Below, one piece after another: positions 42,543-55,130 of a DNA stretch of 64,000 nt (within the stretch, counting starts at the first letter, position 1; every line of letters starts with the position of its first letter). Source of the DNA: Chrysomallon squamiferum (lineage: Eukaryota; Animalia; Mollusca). Location of the stretch: the NCBI GenBank assembly GCA_012295275.1, contig CM022679.1:23436001-23500000 (forward strand), in the 5' to 3' direction. Made by a program: the position numbers and the translations under genes. The notes below the pieces were generated by a model, which did not search any database, had not been told where the DNA came from, and saw only the letters and a list, made by a program, of their open reading frames with translations.

Positions 42543-43167
42543 AAAATTAATTCTAACCAAACATACAGTTTTGCTATTTAAACATCACAGAAAGCTACAA
42601 ATGTTAATTCAATGTCTATTGTCTGTACTGTCCACCCGCAAAGTTGATCGTATCAACCCGTAATTCCATTTCTTACTTATGTCAACATCGAACTAACAAA
42701 TATACAAACAGAACTTCTATAACATTGTCTATTTACAAAATGCATAAAAACCAACAACAATAAATTAATGTCATTTTTAACAAATATCAACACAAAAGGT
42801 CTGTGGTTTTAACTTTGCATCAGTAAAATAATTTTTTTTAAAAACTTAGAAAAAGCACTCAGAATAAACAGTTACCCTGTCCATATACCGCACCATGGTG
42901 ATTAAAGGGTAAGACGAACACCAGTCAGTAATTCGCAAGTATTATGGTTGGCATTTAATTTTCCTCTCAAGAAATAGAAGCACACAAGCATCAGCTTAAT
43001 TATTATTCATAACTTCCATATAAGCAACAACAGTGGTTTCCTGATAAATCAAAGTTCATATTGCAATACTGAATCACTCTGTTATATTTGTTTTTGTTTT
43101 TTTTCGTTTCTTGGCCAATTTTATTCATTTTACTTTTTACTTTCAGTAATTCAGCTTTTATACTGAC

Positions 43168-43890
43168 TTAGTCATCGTCATTTCTGTGACACGAGCATGC
43201 GCACTCGGTGATGATCGGGTACTGAATTTTTATCCATTTGCAAGAAATTCGCCGGCGCCATTTCGGACAGTGCCAGCGCAGGACAGTTTTCGTTGTAGAG
43301 TTGCTGGGCTTACAGAACATGCCCGGGGGGACGGAGCACGACCGCTCCTTGGAGCACAACCCATCCTTAATCCACCGCGGCCAGAACCGCCTCCCTAAAT
43401 CTCTCCACACGTATTTAACGGGGCAGTACGAATAGCTCCACAGAAACTTCTGCAGTTTTCTTCTGTTCTTTTTCCCCACCTTCAGTCTGAGCGTGGGTCC
43501 GTTTCGAATTTTCAACGTTCTTATCAAGCGAAGAAAAGTCGGCCGCTTCCCGACAGGCCTCCCGTTTCGGAACCTGTACTCCAGGGTGCCGTTTTTGGAA
43601 TCTGGGTAATTCACAGACATAAAATTCGGATCGAAATTGTTTCCGAGAGTCTTTCGTAATCTTTTCTTGTTCATTTCACCCGGTCTCGGGTCGTAGTACT
43701 TGTCCGGACTTTCCATAATCCCTTCAATGGGGAGTCTGTCGGACGGGTGAGGGCGTGTCCCATCGCGATGGTAAAGGGACTTCTCCGAGGGTGCGTCCTC
43801 GGCTTGTAACAGCTGGAAGTAAAGCTGCGAGCCTTTGCAAAGTCTTAGTGTAGTGAGATAGAAGAGAAGAAAACATTGCCTCCACCACAT
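43168..43890 (-). CDS. nog: Noggin (secreted cystine-knot BMP antagonist), 240 aa, single coding exon
   Basis: The ORF has an N-terminal hydrophobic signal peptide, clip motif RPHPSDRLP (cf. vertebrate RPAPSDNLP), DPRPGEMN/LGNNFDPNFMS and a basic heparin-binding stretch KKNRRKLQKFLW. The C-terminal domain CPVKYVWRDLGRRFWPRWIK..C..RSCSVPPGMFCKP..LRWHC..C.WIKIQYPIITECACSC carries the 9 conserved Cys. Confidence 0.97.
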   Translation of the reverse strand: MWWRQCFLLFYLTTLRLCKGSQLYFQLLQAEDAPSEKSLYHRDGTRPHPSDRLPIEGIMESPDKYYDPRPGEMNKKRLRKTLGNNFDPNFMSVNYPDSKNGTLEYRFRNGRPVGKRPTFLRLIRTLKIRNGPTLRLKVGKKNRRKLQKFLWSYSYCPVKYVWRDLGRRFWPRWIKDGLCSKERSCSVPPGMFCKPSNSTTKTVLRWHCPKWRRRISCKWIKIQYPIITECACSCHRNDDD

Positions 43891-43910
43891 GATTGGTCAG
43901 CTCAAGATTC

Positions 43911-43937
43911 CTGCAAGGAAAGAAGGAAAAAGAGATA
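43911..43937 (-). other. Splice acceptor of the noggin 5'-UTR intron
   Basis: The minus strand reads TATCTCTTTTTCCTTCTTTCCTTGCAG|GAATCTTGAGCTGACCAATC-ATG: a strong polypyrimidine tract plus CAG, 20 nt before the start codon. Confidence 0.85.
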
Positions 43938-44104
43938 ATGATCTGTAGAAAGCAGTATGATTGCTGGTGATGGTGGTGGTCACAGTTCTGGGTATGGGTG
44001 GAAAGAGTGATGATAATAGTTGAAGTGGGAGGAGACAGTGACGGAAATGTTGGAATTATATTCAACTACATTTTTTTGGCCTTGTTTTCTCTTCTTTTCT
44101 TTTC

Positions 44105-44167
<63 letters not shown>

Positions 44168-44856
44168 TTGTTATGATTAACGTCCTGTCTGCATGTTTTT
44201 ACTGTTTCTGCACTTGTTTAAATAGTGACATATGATTTTATTTAACACTTTTATCTAGAGAAAATGTAAAGATTTTTTTGATGTGGGGTGTGAAGAACTA
44301 TTTTGCCCTATAGGTTCTTAAATACAATGTAATTATCAACTGCAGTATACGTTATTAAGCAGAAATAAATTATTTCAATCAAAAGAAGTTGTTAGCTACA
44401 AAATACACGCAATTAAATATAAGTTATTAAATACACGTTTACGTTTCAGAACAAATTTTACATTCTATATGAATATATATCTTGACTTTCGTCTTTTCTG
44501 AAAGAAGTCAAAATTAAAACCCTCTTAGATCAAAGACAAGCTATTAATGTTAAACGGAAGAATAAAATGCAGTCTTGGTTTACGAGACTTTTTCTTCTCC
44601 TGTTTTAAAGAAAATAAAATAAAATGTTTATAAAATACACAAGCCCAAAGAGCATAGATAAGAGAGTTTTGTTTTATTTTATTGGATTTTTGGAATGTTT
44701 TTTAATGTCAAAAAAGAAAACGAAAGAAATGAAAAAGTAAACGGACCATAAATGGATTCTCGTTTCTTTGTTTTTATTTTTTATTTTTTCGTGTATGTGT
44801 GTGTGTGTGTGTGTGTGTATGTGTGTGTGTGTGTGTGTATCTGTGTGTATGTGTCT

Positions 44857-44896
<40 letters not shown>

Positions 44897-45415
44897 CATG
44901 TAATCAATAATTTAAAACCGTGTTAGATGAACAGACTGACAGGAAATAATAAAACCACAAGATGTAAAATAACTGATAAAGTGACAAAAAGAAAAAGCAT
45001 GAATACGTGCGATAAACACATCTACAAAACGAGACGAAGAAATATACACACGCTAACAAACATCAATACTAATATTATCTGGTCAATAACAATAATAATA
45101 ATAATAATAAATAATAAAAAATTGCATTTACACGTATTTGGTGTGCATTGACATATACATAAACTTAATAAGCATACATACGTACACTTTTAATTAATTC
45201 ACACACACACACAATCCACATCGACTACACTATGCACCATACTGTAGATAAACATGAATATACGCATACAAACGTATTCACACTATTACTACTGCTGCTA
45301 CTACTACTGCTCCTGCTGCTGCTGCTGCTACTACTACTACTTCTGCCACTTTTACTACTGTTCCTATTAATACTTTTATCCATACTTCTGTTACTTCTAT
45401 ATAATGCTATTATCG

Positions 45416-45452
<37 letters not shown>

Positions 45453-46202
45453 GAAGAAGAAGAAGAAGAAGAAGAAGAAATAATTTAATGTTTCTTGATT
45501 TTTAAAGTGTTTTAATAGCGATATATTTTCCCCGGCTCTGCTAGTATAATTATACACATGTATAGCATTACGAACACAAAAATACATGCCTTTTCAGCAT
45601 GTAGTTACAGATAGTCTTTTGTAATTATGCTCTGGCTTAGACACGTTGATTTAGTAATTGTATTTCAGTGTAGTGTTTTTAATTGGATTTTTTAACTCAA
45701 GATTTATAAGCTGTCTTTCTCTCGGTGTAATAACCTGCAGCATGAATAACATATTAATGAGAAAATTTAGAAAAGAATATGATAAATACTGGAAAAAAAA
45801 AAAACAAAAAAAAAATTTTTTAAATTCAATTTTTTCTTCCATTCATTGAGCATTAAAAAAACCATACCACATTATAAAAAAAAAAAAAAAAAGTCCTCTT
45901 GAATAAGTAACAATTATATTTCTCTTTAAATAGGTAAATTTTATTGAGCAGGTAAAAAAATACTAGAATGGATATGTATATATATAATTATATCGAGATA
46001 TAAGTATTTTTAAAAAGTAATTAATTAAATATAGGATGTTGAATAAAACAAAATTTTTAAAAAGCAATTAATTAAATAGAAATGTAAAAAAAAAAAAAAA
46101 TTGGAGAGAAAAATGTGTCGTTTATTTTAAAATCATCTATTAAACATTTAAAAATTAAAGAAACAAACGTACAAATAAAAAATAAGTTTAAACTCTACTC
46201 AC

Positions 46203-46520
46203 GCATGAAATGTAAATAAACCAGCTTCATGTTGTTATTTTGTTTTTGTTTTTTTTAATATTTCCTTAAACTGCAATGTGACACAGAAAAACAAACACCG
46301 TCAAAGTCAACAACAACAACAACAGCAACACACATGTACGGAGGAGGATTCTCTGCTATTCCACTGCCTGTTACCGCTAGTTCCGTGATAACGATTCGAC
46401 TGTGTACGCATCTATGAGCGAAGCTCGCTCGCGAGTTGAAATATGTGCCGAAAATACACGAAGATCTCTGTAACCGCAAAAACAGCTCCCGCGTTGCGCC
46501 GATCTGTCCGCATAAACCTC
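46203..46520 (-). other. Candidate proximal non-coding first exon of noggin (5' end approximate)
   Basis: Minus-strand donor GC|GTGAGT at 46203/46202 lies at the end of a CpG-rich unique island (46330-46770). A TATA-like TTTAAAAAG sits at 46550-46542. Confidence 0.5.
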
Positions 46521-46568
46521 CCAACTTCAAGGGTGCTTTTTCTTTTTAAACGTTGGATGAACGGGGCT

Positions 46569-46590
46569 AGCGACGGCAAGTCTAGACGCC
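46569..46590. promoter_or_regulatory. Smad-binding element cluster in the putative noggin promoter
   Basis: Perfect SBE palindrome GTCTAGAC at 46580-46587. AGCGAC-GGCAA-GTCT is one mismatch from GRCGNC-N5-GTCT, and GACGCC overlaps the 3' end. Confidence 0.45.
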
Positions 46591-48232
46591 GGACCGCATC
46601 AGCGAACGATCAATGGGATTTCTCACAGGTAACCGCATAACAAGACAATTCCGGTCCGCTTTTTAGACCGAGCACGGCGATCGGGAGTTATTCGCAGTTT
46701 TGTTTGAATCATTAGACTGCGCGATTAATTCTTTTAACACCGGCTTTTGTAGGCGGCCACAGACATTTGATTGCATGTGTGAAGAAGAAGAAAAAAAAAT
46801 ACGTAGAAAAGAAAAGAGGTTTTTTCTTCTTCTTCTTTTATATATATTTTTTTTCCACCATCTTTGACAGGTTGTATCGAATGAGGGGTGATCTTTGTTT
46901 GTCAGCGACTGCTAGCTAAGAAAAGACGATAGAGTGTGAATAGCGATTTTATTTCCGTTATGCATTCAGGTTAAAAAACTGATAGGAATACATTTCTATT
47001 AACTTGCTACGGTGTCGATTCGGTGTTACTTGCATCAATGAACAGATTTTAACCTGTCATAAATCTCACTATTCTCTTATTAAAGGCAAACTGGTACGAC
47101 GTAGTAAAAAAATAAATAATAAATATATATATGAGTAATTATCGTAGTGTAATATATTTTAATGTTATAACTGTATCTTAATGCAGTACTTTTTAACATT
47201 ATATTCACACAGTGGTTTTTAATTATTGAGATTTTATTAGTTTATACCTAGTAAATAAATACACGCACATGCAGATAGATGCACACACACTCAGTTATAT
47301 ACAATTATACAAGTATTTCTATGATATGTATAATAAATAAAGGACTTTAAATACATTTTTAAAAAGTCTTAGTGTAATATTACTTTCAGTATGTGTATAA
47401 GGAATGCACACGCACACACACATACACTTCATGCCTGTATACTTCATAATAAATAAGTGATTTATAAGTGTGAGTAGATATAGCATTGTTACTATATCAT
47501 CATTATTATCGTCATTATTACTATTTATTACTACTACCTGAAAGAATGCCAATAATAAAGAGAAAATTGAATGGATTGATGAAGACGGTGACAGAAATTG
47601 TGAAAGCATTCAGTAACAAAATGACTGATTAATATTTCTTATTTAAATTATCGAAGTTTTAAAATTTAACAGAATTAATAGAGACAGAGAAGTCGAATCT
47701 TTAATATTCTTGGCATCATAATTATATTTTTCTCTCCACCTCGTCAGGGCCTCCTGTCAGATGGTCAGTAAGTAAACAGTTTGCACAGTTTCGACTTTTC
47801 GACATCACTTGACCCGCAGTCAGCGAACAAACAGCAGAACAAATTTATTTTAATTACCAACACAACAGACAGACAGCGACGTTGTTTCAGTGGAAAAACA
47901 CCTACTCAGAGCAGACACGCCCTTGATTCTCTTAATTGTGGCGACGGCTGAGACGTTTGTTTCTGCGTAAACAACCAATCAACGGTTTGATTAGACACGA
48001 CTTGCCTGTTGTTGGAGCGTCTGTAACGTTCAATCACAGTGTGTCTGAGAACCGTTACGGAATGGGGTTGTGCCGATTACGGAATGGGGTGCCCCAAACA
48101 CAAAGGCGGGGGGTTAGAGAATGAATGAATGTTTGTTTAAAAGAAAGATGTATTTTGAAGTGACGAGCTTCTCTGTTCGCGGCAGTTAACAAATTAACAT
48201 GCAGGTAATGACGAATAAAAAATATTCTACAA

Positions 48233-48309
48233 TTAAAGGGACATTATCGTAAATTTGACCGTTTACAATTATTTAAAATTCACAAAATATTACGTTAATG
48301 CCCTTTTAA
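48233..48309. mobile_element. Miniature TTAA-flanked inverted-repeat element (Kolobok/piggyBac-like MITE remnant)
   Basis: TTAA-AGGGACATTATCGTAAATTT ... AAAATATTACGTTAATGCCCT-T-TTAA: ~20-bp imperfect inverted arms with TTAA on both sides. Confidence 0.5.
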
Positions 48310-49296
48310 AAAATGTGTGCATATGGGACATTAGAAAGAGAGAGAGAGAATTCCATTAGTTTTTACAATTAATTAGAACTGAATTAAACAATGCATTCCA
48401 GTATTTTACATTAATGCGTTAACAGAAAAACACTGAAATCCAGAAAAAACAGAAAGAACTGATTTTTGCTTCATTTTGCGGTTTCATGTGTATCCTTTTA
48501 TTTGTTCACAAAGTTCGGTAAATTATTCAGATCATCTAGCTGACGACAATACATTAACCATTGTGAACTGGCCAAATGACCACACTGACCAAAAACAAAC
48601 ACTTTGCTTTCATGTTTGGATTTCAGCAGTGCCAGACAGGTGGCGCTGTACTTTCCTCGTCCACCCTGTCGAGACTAGCCCGAGCCTCTAAACTCCAGAC
48701 CCGTCAAACGAACGAGACCTCGGCGGCCATGACTCCCGCTAGACCGGCACCTAACACCTTTCACCGCTTGATGTACATTTTCAGTGTGCTTTGATAACCA
48801 GATTAAATACTGCTAGCTAAGACCGGTAAACACCAGTCTATTCAGACGTACCAGCATTTCATTATGCCTGGAATTCAACAATAAATTACACGAACAAAAC
48901 AGAACAAATTAATGTATTTACTTTTCAGAACAAATGACTAGCGTAAAATGATTCTACCTGGGATTTTTTTTTTTTTTTTTTTCTTCTGTCAAGTGAATAT
49001 AAAAAGAAACTGATATTATTCATGATCTTCATTAAAATAAAGATAAAAAATATATATATGTATGTATAACTTTCTAAAAATAATAATTAGGAAATTAAAT
49101 TTGATATAACGCGAACTAATACTCGCACACACTCATCCATTAAAAAGAAAAAGAAAAAGAAACGCCATCAAGTATGCAGTAATATTGTTATTAATAGTAA
49201 TCACTCACTACTACCACTAAAACAAGTGCTTTACTACTTGCTAATATTACTACTATAACAATTTTTTGTTATTATTTTGCTTATTTCTGTTATTCC

Positions 49297-49339
<43 letters not shown>

Positions 49340-51705
49340 TCCTTTCTTTGTTTCAATCCGTGAACTTTCAGTTGATTAATGTATTTTTTTCTGTTACCGA
49401 ATTTCCCTAATGACCCGCCTTATGGCACGACATGAGTGACATTTGGCAACTGATACGGCGACGTCAAAGTGTGTGAAATTTTTTCTCGACTGTAGACGGA
49501 CGTCCGTTCTGACACACGATTATCTTTAAACTACAGTTCACACATTAGTACTGTCACAAACTGTCATTAATTAAATTGTTACGCCAAACAACACGATAAC
49601 AGTCGACGTATGGCGGTTTCGTTCTGGGATAATTCTGTTCGCCATTGTTTATGAATTAGATAAATATTATAGGATATTATTCCACATTTTTCACTTTGAT
49701 GAAGTTCTAGAATCGCAGGTTACTGGGATCGAAACCAGATACTTACTTGGCTTCCAGTTAGCAGCAGAAGGTTCAGAATGTGCTGATCCATTTAATCTCA
49801 AAGAGACATCGTTATTACTTCAGGAATAAAATAGAAACCAAATTTTTTATATTACTTTTATTTAATTATTTTTTTTTTTTTTTTTTTATTTATTTTTTTT
49901 ATTTTTTTTTTTTTTTTTTTTTTCAGTTTTTATTGTTGTCGCTGCTGGTTCTTCTAGTGCCACTGTTATTGATTTGTTTAACGATTATTTCTTTATTGTT
50001 TTTGTATGTGTACTGTTCGCGCGAGTTTATTATACACGTGTTTATGTTGTCGGTAATAGAGTGATGGCATTAAAAACTGCTTCAAATTAATTTTATTTTA
50101 TTTTATTTTATTTAAAAAAAAAAAGCCAGTATATCCATCACTATTTCATTGTCCTTGAGATTTCCCTAGCCGAGATCAAAATGCAGTCTCTTATAAATTA
50201 ACCGAAACATCAAGTCTGTTGTAAAGAATCTGTTCTTACAATTGCAGTGCTCTTAAAAATGGCGCCTTAAAGCCAGAGACTGTATTTGTAATAAATCCAC
50301 CGCACAAACACACTCACCTTTTATTTATACACCAAGCGGCCACAAGAATTAGTTTCACACAGCGACACAACTTCCGCTGCGGCACTTAAAAGCAGTCTGG
50401 TCGTGTGTTAATGCGCGCGTATTAATATCCAATTTTCATTTTATAGCTTTTCGCTGCCTTTATAGATACACCCTTCTGTAAAGCGCAGTGTATAAAATAC
50501 TTCATAGATGTATCTCCACTTGCTTCGCTTCTGCAAATTATAGGGTCTCGTTTATTCGGATTTTGCGGAATTATTTTCGATGACTGTAAGAACAGTGGGA
50601 ATTTTAATGGCCGATTCCTATTTGAGATTTGGAGCAAATTTACCTTGCCAGAAGATTATAAAACTTTATAAAGTCTAGACAAGAGACTTAAATGTTAATC
50701 TTAACGTCTAAAGACGTCATGATAGGTGGTACGCATCTGTTAAATTTTTGACTATAGGCAATAAAACCATTTTACACACAAGGATGCTTGGTTCGTTTTT
50801 AGATAAAATGTATATAAAATTATAACTTGAAGTTTATTAAATTTTTAATTTGATTTTACTTTCTTTTTGTTCATTCCTTGCTGCAGATGTAAAATCATGT
50901 TTAAATGTTATTGTCCGTTTTGAAGTTACATTTCTTGATACAGATTTTTTTTTTATATACCTTTGTACCTGTGTGACTACTGATAATAGTGACAGACGTA
51001 GATGACAAAAATAAGAAATTGTTATTGTTGTTGTATTATTATCATCATCATCATAATCATCATCATTACTATTATTCTTATGTATATTCTTTTGAGTATG
51101 GGATTTTAACGGTTTTCTAACATTTGTCATTACTCATCTGTTCTGTGAATTGTTTGATCATTTTCATTATGGAACCAAGGAACAGAAAGCCTAACTCATA
51201 CACATTATTGTGTCTGTCTTTTCTGTTCTCCTTGTTATCATATGAATTTGTTGGCCTTGCTGTCTCAGCTTAATTTTAAAAACACTAATCTAAGGAAACA
51301 CAGAACTGACGACACAATACATCCTTTGTTGCTTTTATACAGCTTCCTTTCTCTTTTGTTATTAAATTCAAAATTCAGTAAAATGCGTGGCATTTGTCGT
51401 TTTACTCAAGTCCATTAAATACGCATTTATTTTTTTTATTTTTCTGGAACGCAAGTGTATCAGTTAAACCTATACCTGTGACATCATAAATCTTGTTTCG
51501 TTACCTCTGACCCGCGCAGACAAATTTGTGAAATTTAATCCTCGCCGTCTGACACATAAATTAACATTAATCTTTTAATGTCTTGTCTCAGAAGGATTAG
51601 ACATTCATTTCCATATTCAATTTCAGCTGCCGGCTAGCCGCAAGTCACATCTTTTGTTCCCGCTTTTGAAAAAAAAAAGATTTAGCTTTAAAGGGATATA
51701 ATCGA

Positions 51706-51751
<46 letters not shown>

Positions 51752-51779
51752 GTTGTTGTGTTTGTTTCAATTGACTTCT

Positions 51780-51811
<32 letters not shown>

Positions 51812-52169
51812 TTTTCTTCTTTTTTTAACGAACGAAAAAAAACCTATATAAAATTGTTTATAAATTGTTTTTAAATCGTCTTTCAGGGAAAAGTTAATAT
51901 TACCCTATAAACAAAAACAAAAGCAAATGTTCACAGTTGAGTATTACTATTTAGTTTAAATATAAAGGCAATAAAAATACCATTTAAAAAGTTGAAGATA
52001 ACTAATAATATCCAAAGCTTATTGGCTTTGAGACATTTTTTTTTTTTTGTTTTGTTTTTTGATACTGTCTTTAATTTAATTATCATGTTTTGTCGAGGAC
52101 ACGATGCCATCCAGTTTAATACAACCAGGCAATGGTACGTGTCATTCGTATTGATTCAGCGAGAGAGAG

Positions 52170-52257
<88 letters not shown>

Positions 52258-53217
52258 ATTATAGCTGTCTCAATTGGTCTTATTACGTAAATGTGGCTAT
52301 CTCCTGCTATATATATATAACTATCTATCTACCCATGTATCTGTACAGAAATATCTCTCAAATCTCTTTTTATTTCCTTTATTTTAAACATCGAGTACTT
52401 TCCGCTGTTCTTAAAACGATACAGAAACGGTAACTTCTATTTTTTCCCCCGATAGACAAAAACAATAGAGGAGTCATGGAAAAACCGTGCAGAATGTTTA
52501 CGAACTGTATTTGTGCCGTGTAAAAAGGCAGCAGAAGCGCCGAGAATGCTTTTCCCCTGGCTGAGTCGTGTTTTCCCAGACAACTCGGCCTGTCAGAACG
52601 GCGTCGACCAACCTCACAAATAATAATTAATTAGTGGAAGTATTTTATACCGTCATTTCAGTAACAAGTCTCCAGGTGTCTCGTTTACCATCTCCCGCGT
52701 CTTCCGTTTGTGCTGGCGCGAAGCCCGGGCATTAAACAGAAAACGCAACAATCTTAGAAAGTTAGGTGTTCTATTTCCGTCGCGCTGCCCCGTCTGGAAT
52801 ATGTCTGGTGGCATGGGTAAAACGTGAACGGTCACCCAACCAACCCCACCCCCACCCCCACCCCTGACATGCCACGCTTAAAGTTTGTTACTGTTTTTAG
52901 ATTCCATTTGTGAATTAAAGTAGTATCGGTTAACGCATTTGATGATTCACTGACTAAGAGGGTAGAACAATTCTTTTGTTTACTTTATGAAATACAGTCC
53001 GACATGTATTCGTAGTGTGATTAATTTTCCGTATAGACAGACGGTTATAAGAATGGGAGGACAGCCAGACAAACGTCAGACATAAAGATAAATAGATATG
53101 TGTACATAGACAGACAGACAGAAAGACAGTCAAACAGATAGCCAGATAGGTAGAAAAACAGTGAGAAAGACAGATACTAGTAGACAGGCAGGCACATTAA
53201 CAGACAGACAGACAGAC

Positions 53218-53252
<35 letters not shown>

Positions 53253-53977
53253 GAGACAGGCAGATAGATAGATTATACAGATAAGCAGACAGGTAGGTAG
53301 GTAGAGAGACATCTAGAGATAAAGATCTTTACTTCGTTTATTGTAAAATTTAACGTGAATTGTTACGTAAAACGAGTAACAATTATTAATGTGATCTGCA
53401 TGCAGAAACTAACAATAGCAGCGTTCTTTCTATTGTTTTAGACTCTCTCTCTCTCGTTCTGTGCATCTATCTAACTATCTATCTATGTATCTATGTATCG
53501 CTCTCTCGCAACATTTTTATTCTAGACGAACTATTTCACACAACGACGGTAAGAAAACTGCGATGAGACGGTAGAATATTCCGTGATCTACGTTACAACG
53601 AAACTGCGCCGTGAAGACTGACATGGAGACGAGTCCGGACCAACGGCTCCGTTTTCATAGTCAAGCGACAGACAATTCTTTTGTTAGCGGCTTCTTCCCG
53701 GGCAGATGTAAACTTTATAACTGACAAGCAAAGATTAAGAAAAATTTAACTCGGCTTACGGACGCATGACATATGAAATGGCCGTAAGAAGCCAAATAAA
53801 GATAACTGATTTCGATGCAAGACAGAATCGTTAAGCCGTCAGACTGATAACTGTTTCGTTATTGCGATCGTATCCCAGTGATGGCTCCTACCATCAGTGA
53901 ATTGTGGAAGTGTAAGACCTCTATACCATTCCTTGTCTTTTTCTCAAACTTGAATAATAACCATTGACTAGATATAT

Positions 53978-54014
<37 letters not shown>

Positions 54015-55059
54015 GATACAGATATAGATAGATAGGCAGGAATGAAATACAGATTTTATCGTTCTATGTTGCAAAAATAATTGTGAAAAACTTAAATTGA
54101 CACTGGAAGAAAGACTTGGTTAAAAAGAAAGAGAAATAGGGCGTAGGTACATCTAATGCATGTTGGCGTTCACACACATACACACGCAGATACCCATACA
54201 CACACACACACACATACATACACACATTCTGATGAAACATAAAGCATAACAAACATTTTCAAATGTGTTTTGTTTTGATACTGCATTATTCCCATTTATA
54301 TGTTTTAAAAACTGGGATAGACAGAAAATTGTGTTTTAATTAGATGATCACAGAGTATTTAATAATTAAAAATATATATATATTAAAAAAATGTGTAAAA
54401 AGAAAAATCTCTGAGAAAAACCTATTAAAAATGTAACTACCACCTTTCTGTACTAAAACTACACTTGTAGACATATACACATAGTTATGCATTGTTATAT
54501 GCGTAAAGATGTACGATGAATCCAAAGGAATAAGAAAAAATACAAAACAGAACTAAAAAAACCAGCTTTGAGTGTACAAGTATGTAGGTATGTTAGTAAT
54601 TTATGTTTATTATTATTATAATTTTTTTTTTTTTTTTTTTTTGTTCATTTTTAAATTTTAATTTTAATTATTCATTATTTTCAATCGCATATCTAAAATT
54701 ATTATTACACCACTGATACGAAAGACAAATCAGCAATCCAATATAAAATGCTGAATAAAAAAGCGAGTGATTTCAGTTATTTCCGGGCTATTATGTAAAC
54801 ACATACAACAAAAGCTCTGTATTATAATAACAGAAAAACACTTACGCTACCGGAGACAAATTGATATCGTAATATAGCAAACAGTTAAAAAGAATTTCTT
54901 TCTTTTTTTGCCTTTCTCCGATAATATCGTCTAGCATATTAAGTGCAGACGATTTATCACAAACGTGTGAATTACCTACACACTCGTTCACCTCCGTAAA
55001 TAATTTCTCGTCTAGATAGTATTTTCTTTACCTTGAATATATCTTATTAAAAATCCTAA

Positions 55060-55130
<71 letters not shown>

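Noticed and set aside
43186-43435. Plus-strand ORFs antisense to noggin
   Set aside because: They are shadow ORFs of the GC-richer coding sequence with no recognisable motifs.
49715-49770. tRNA-like B-box (minus strand GGTTTCGATCCC); similar at ~10905-10930
   Set aside because: No cloverleaf or acceptor stem can be built; at most these are decayed SINE heads.
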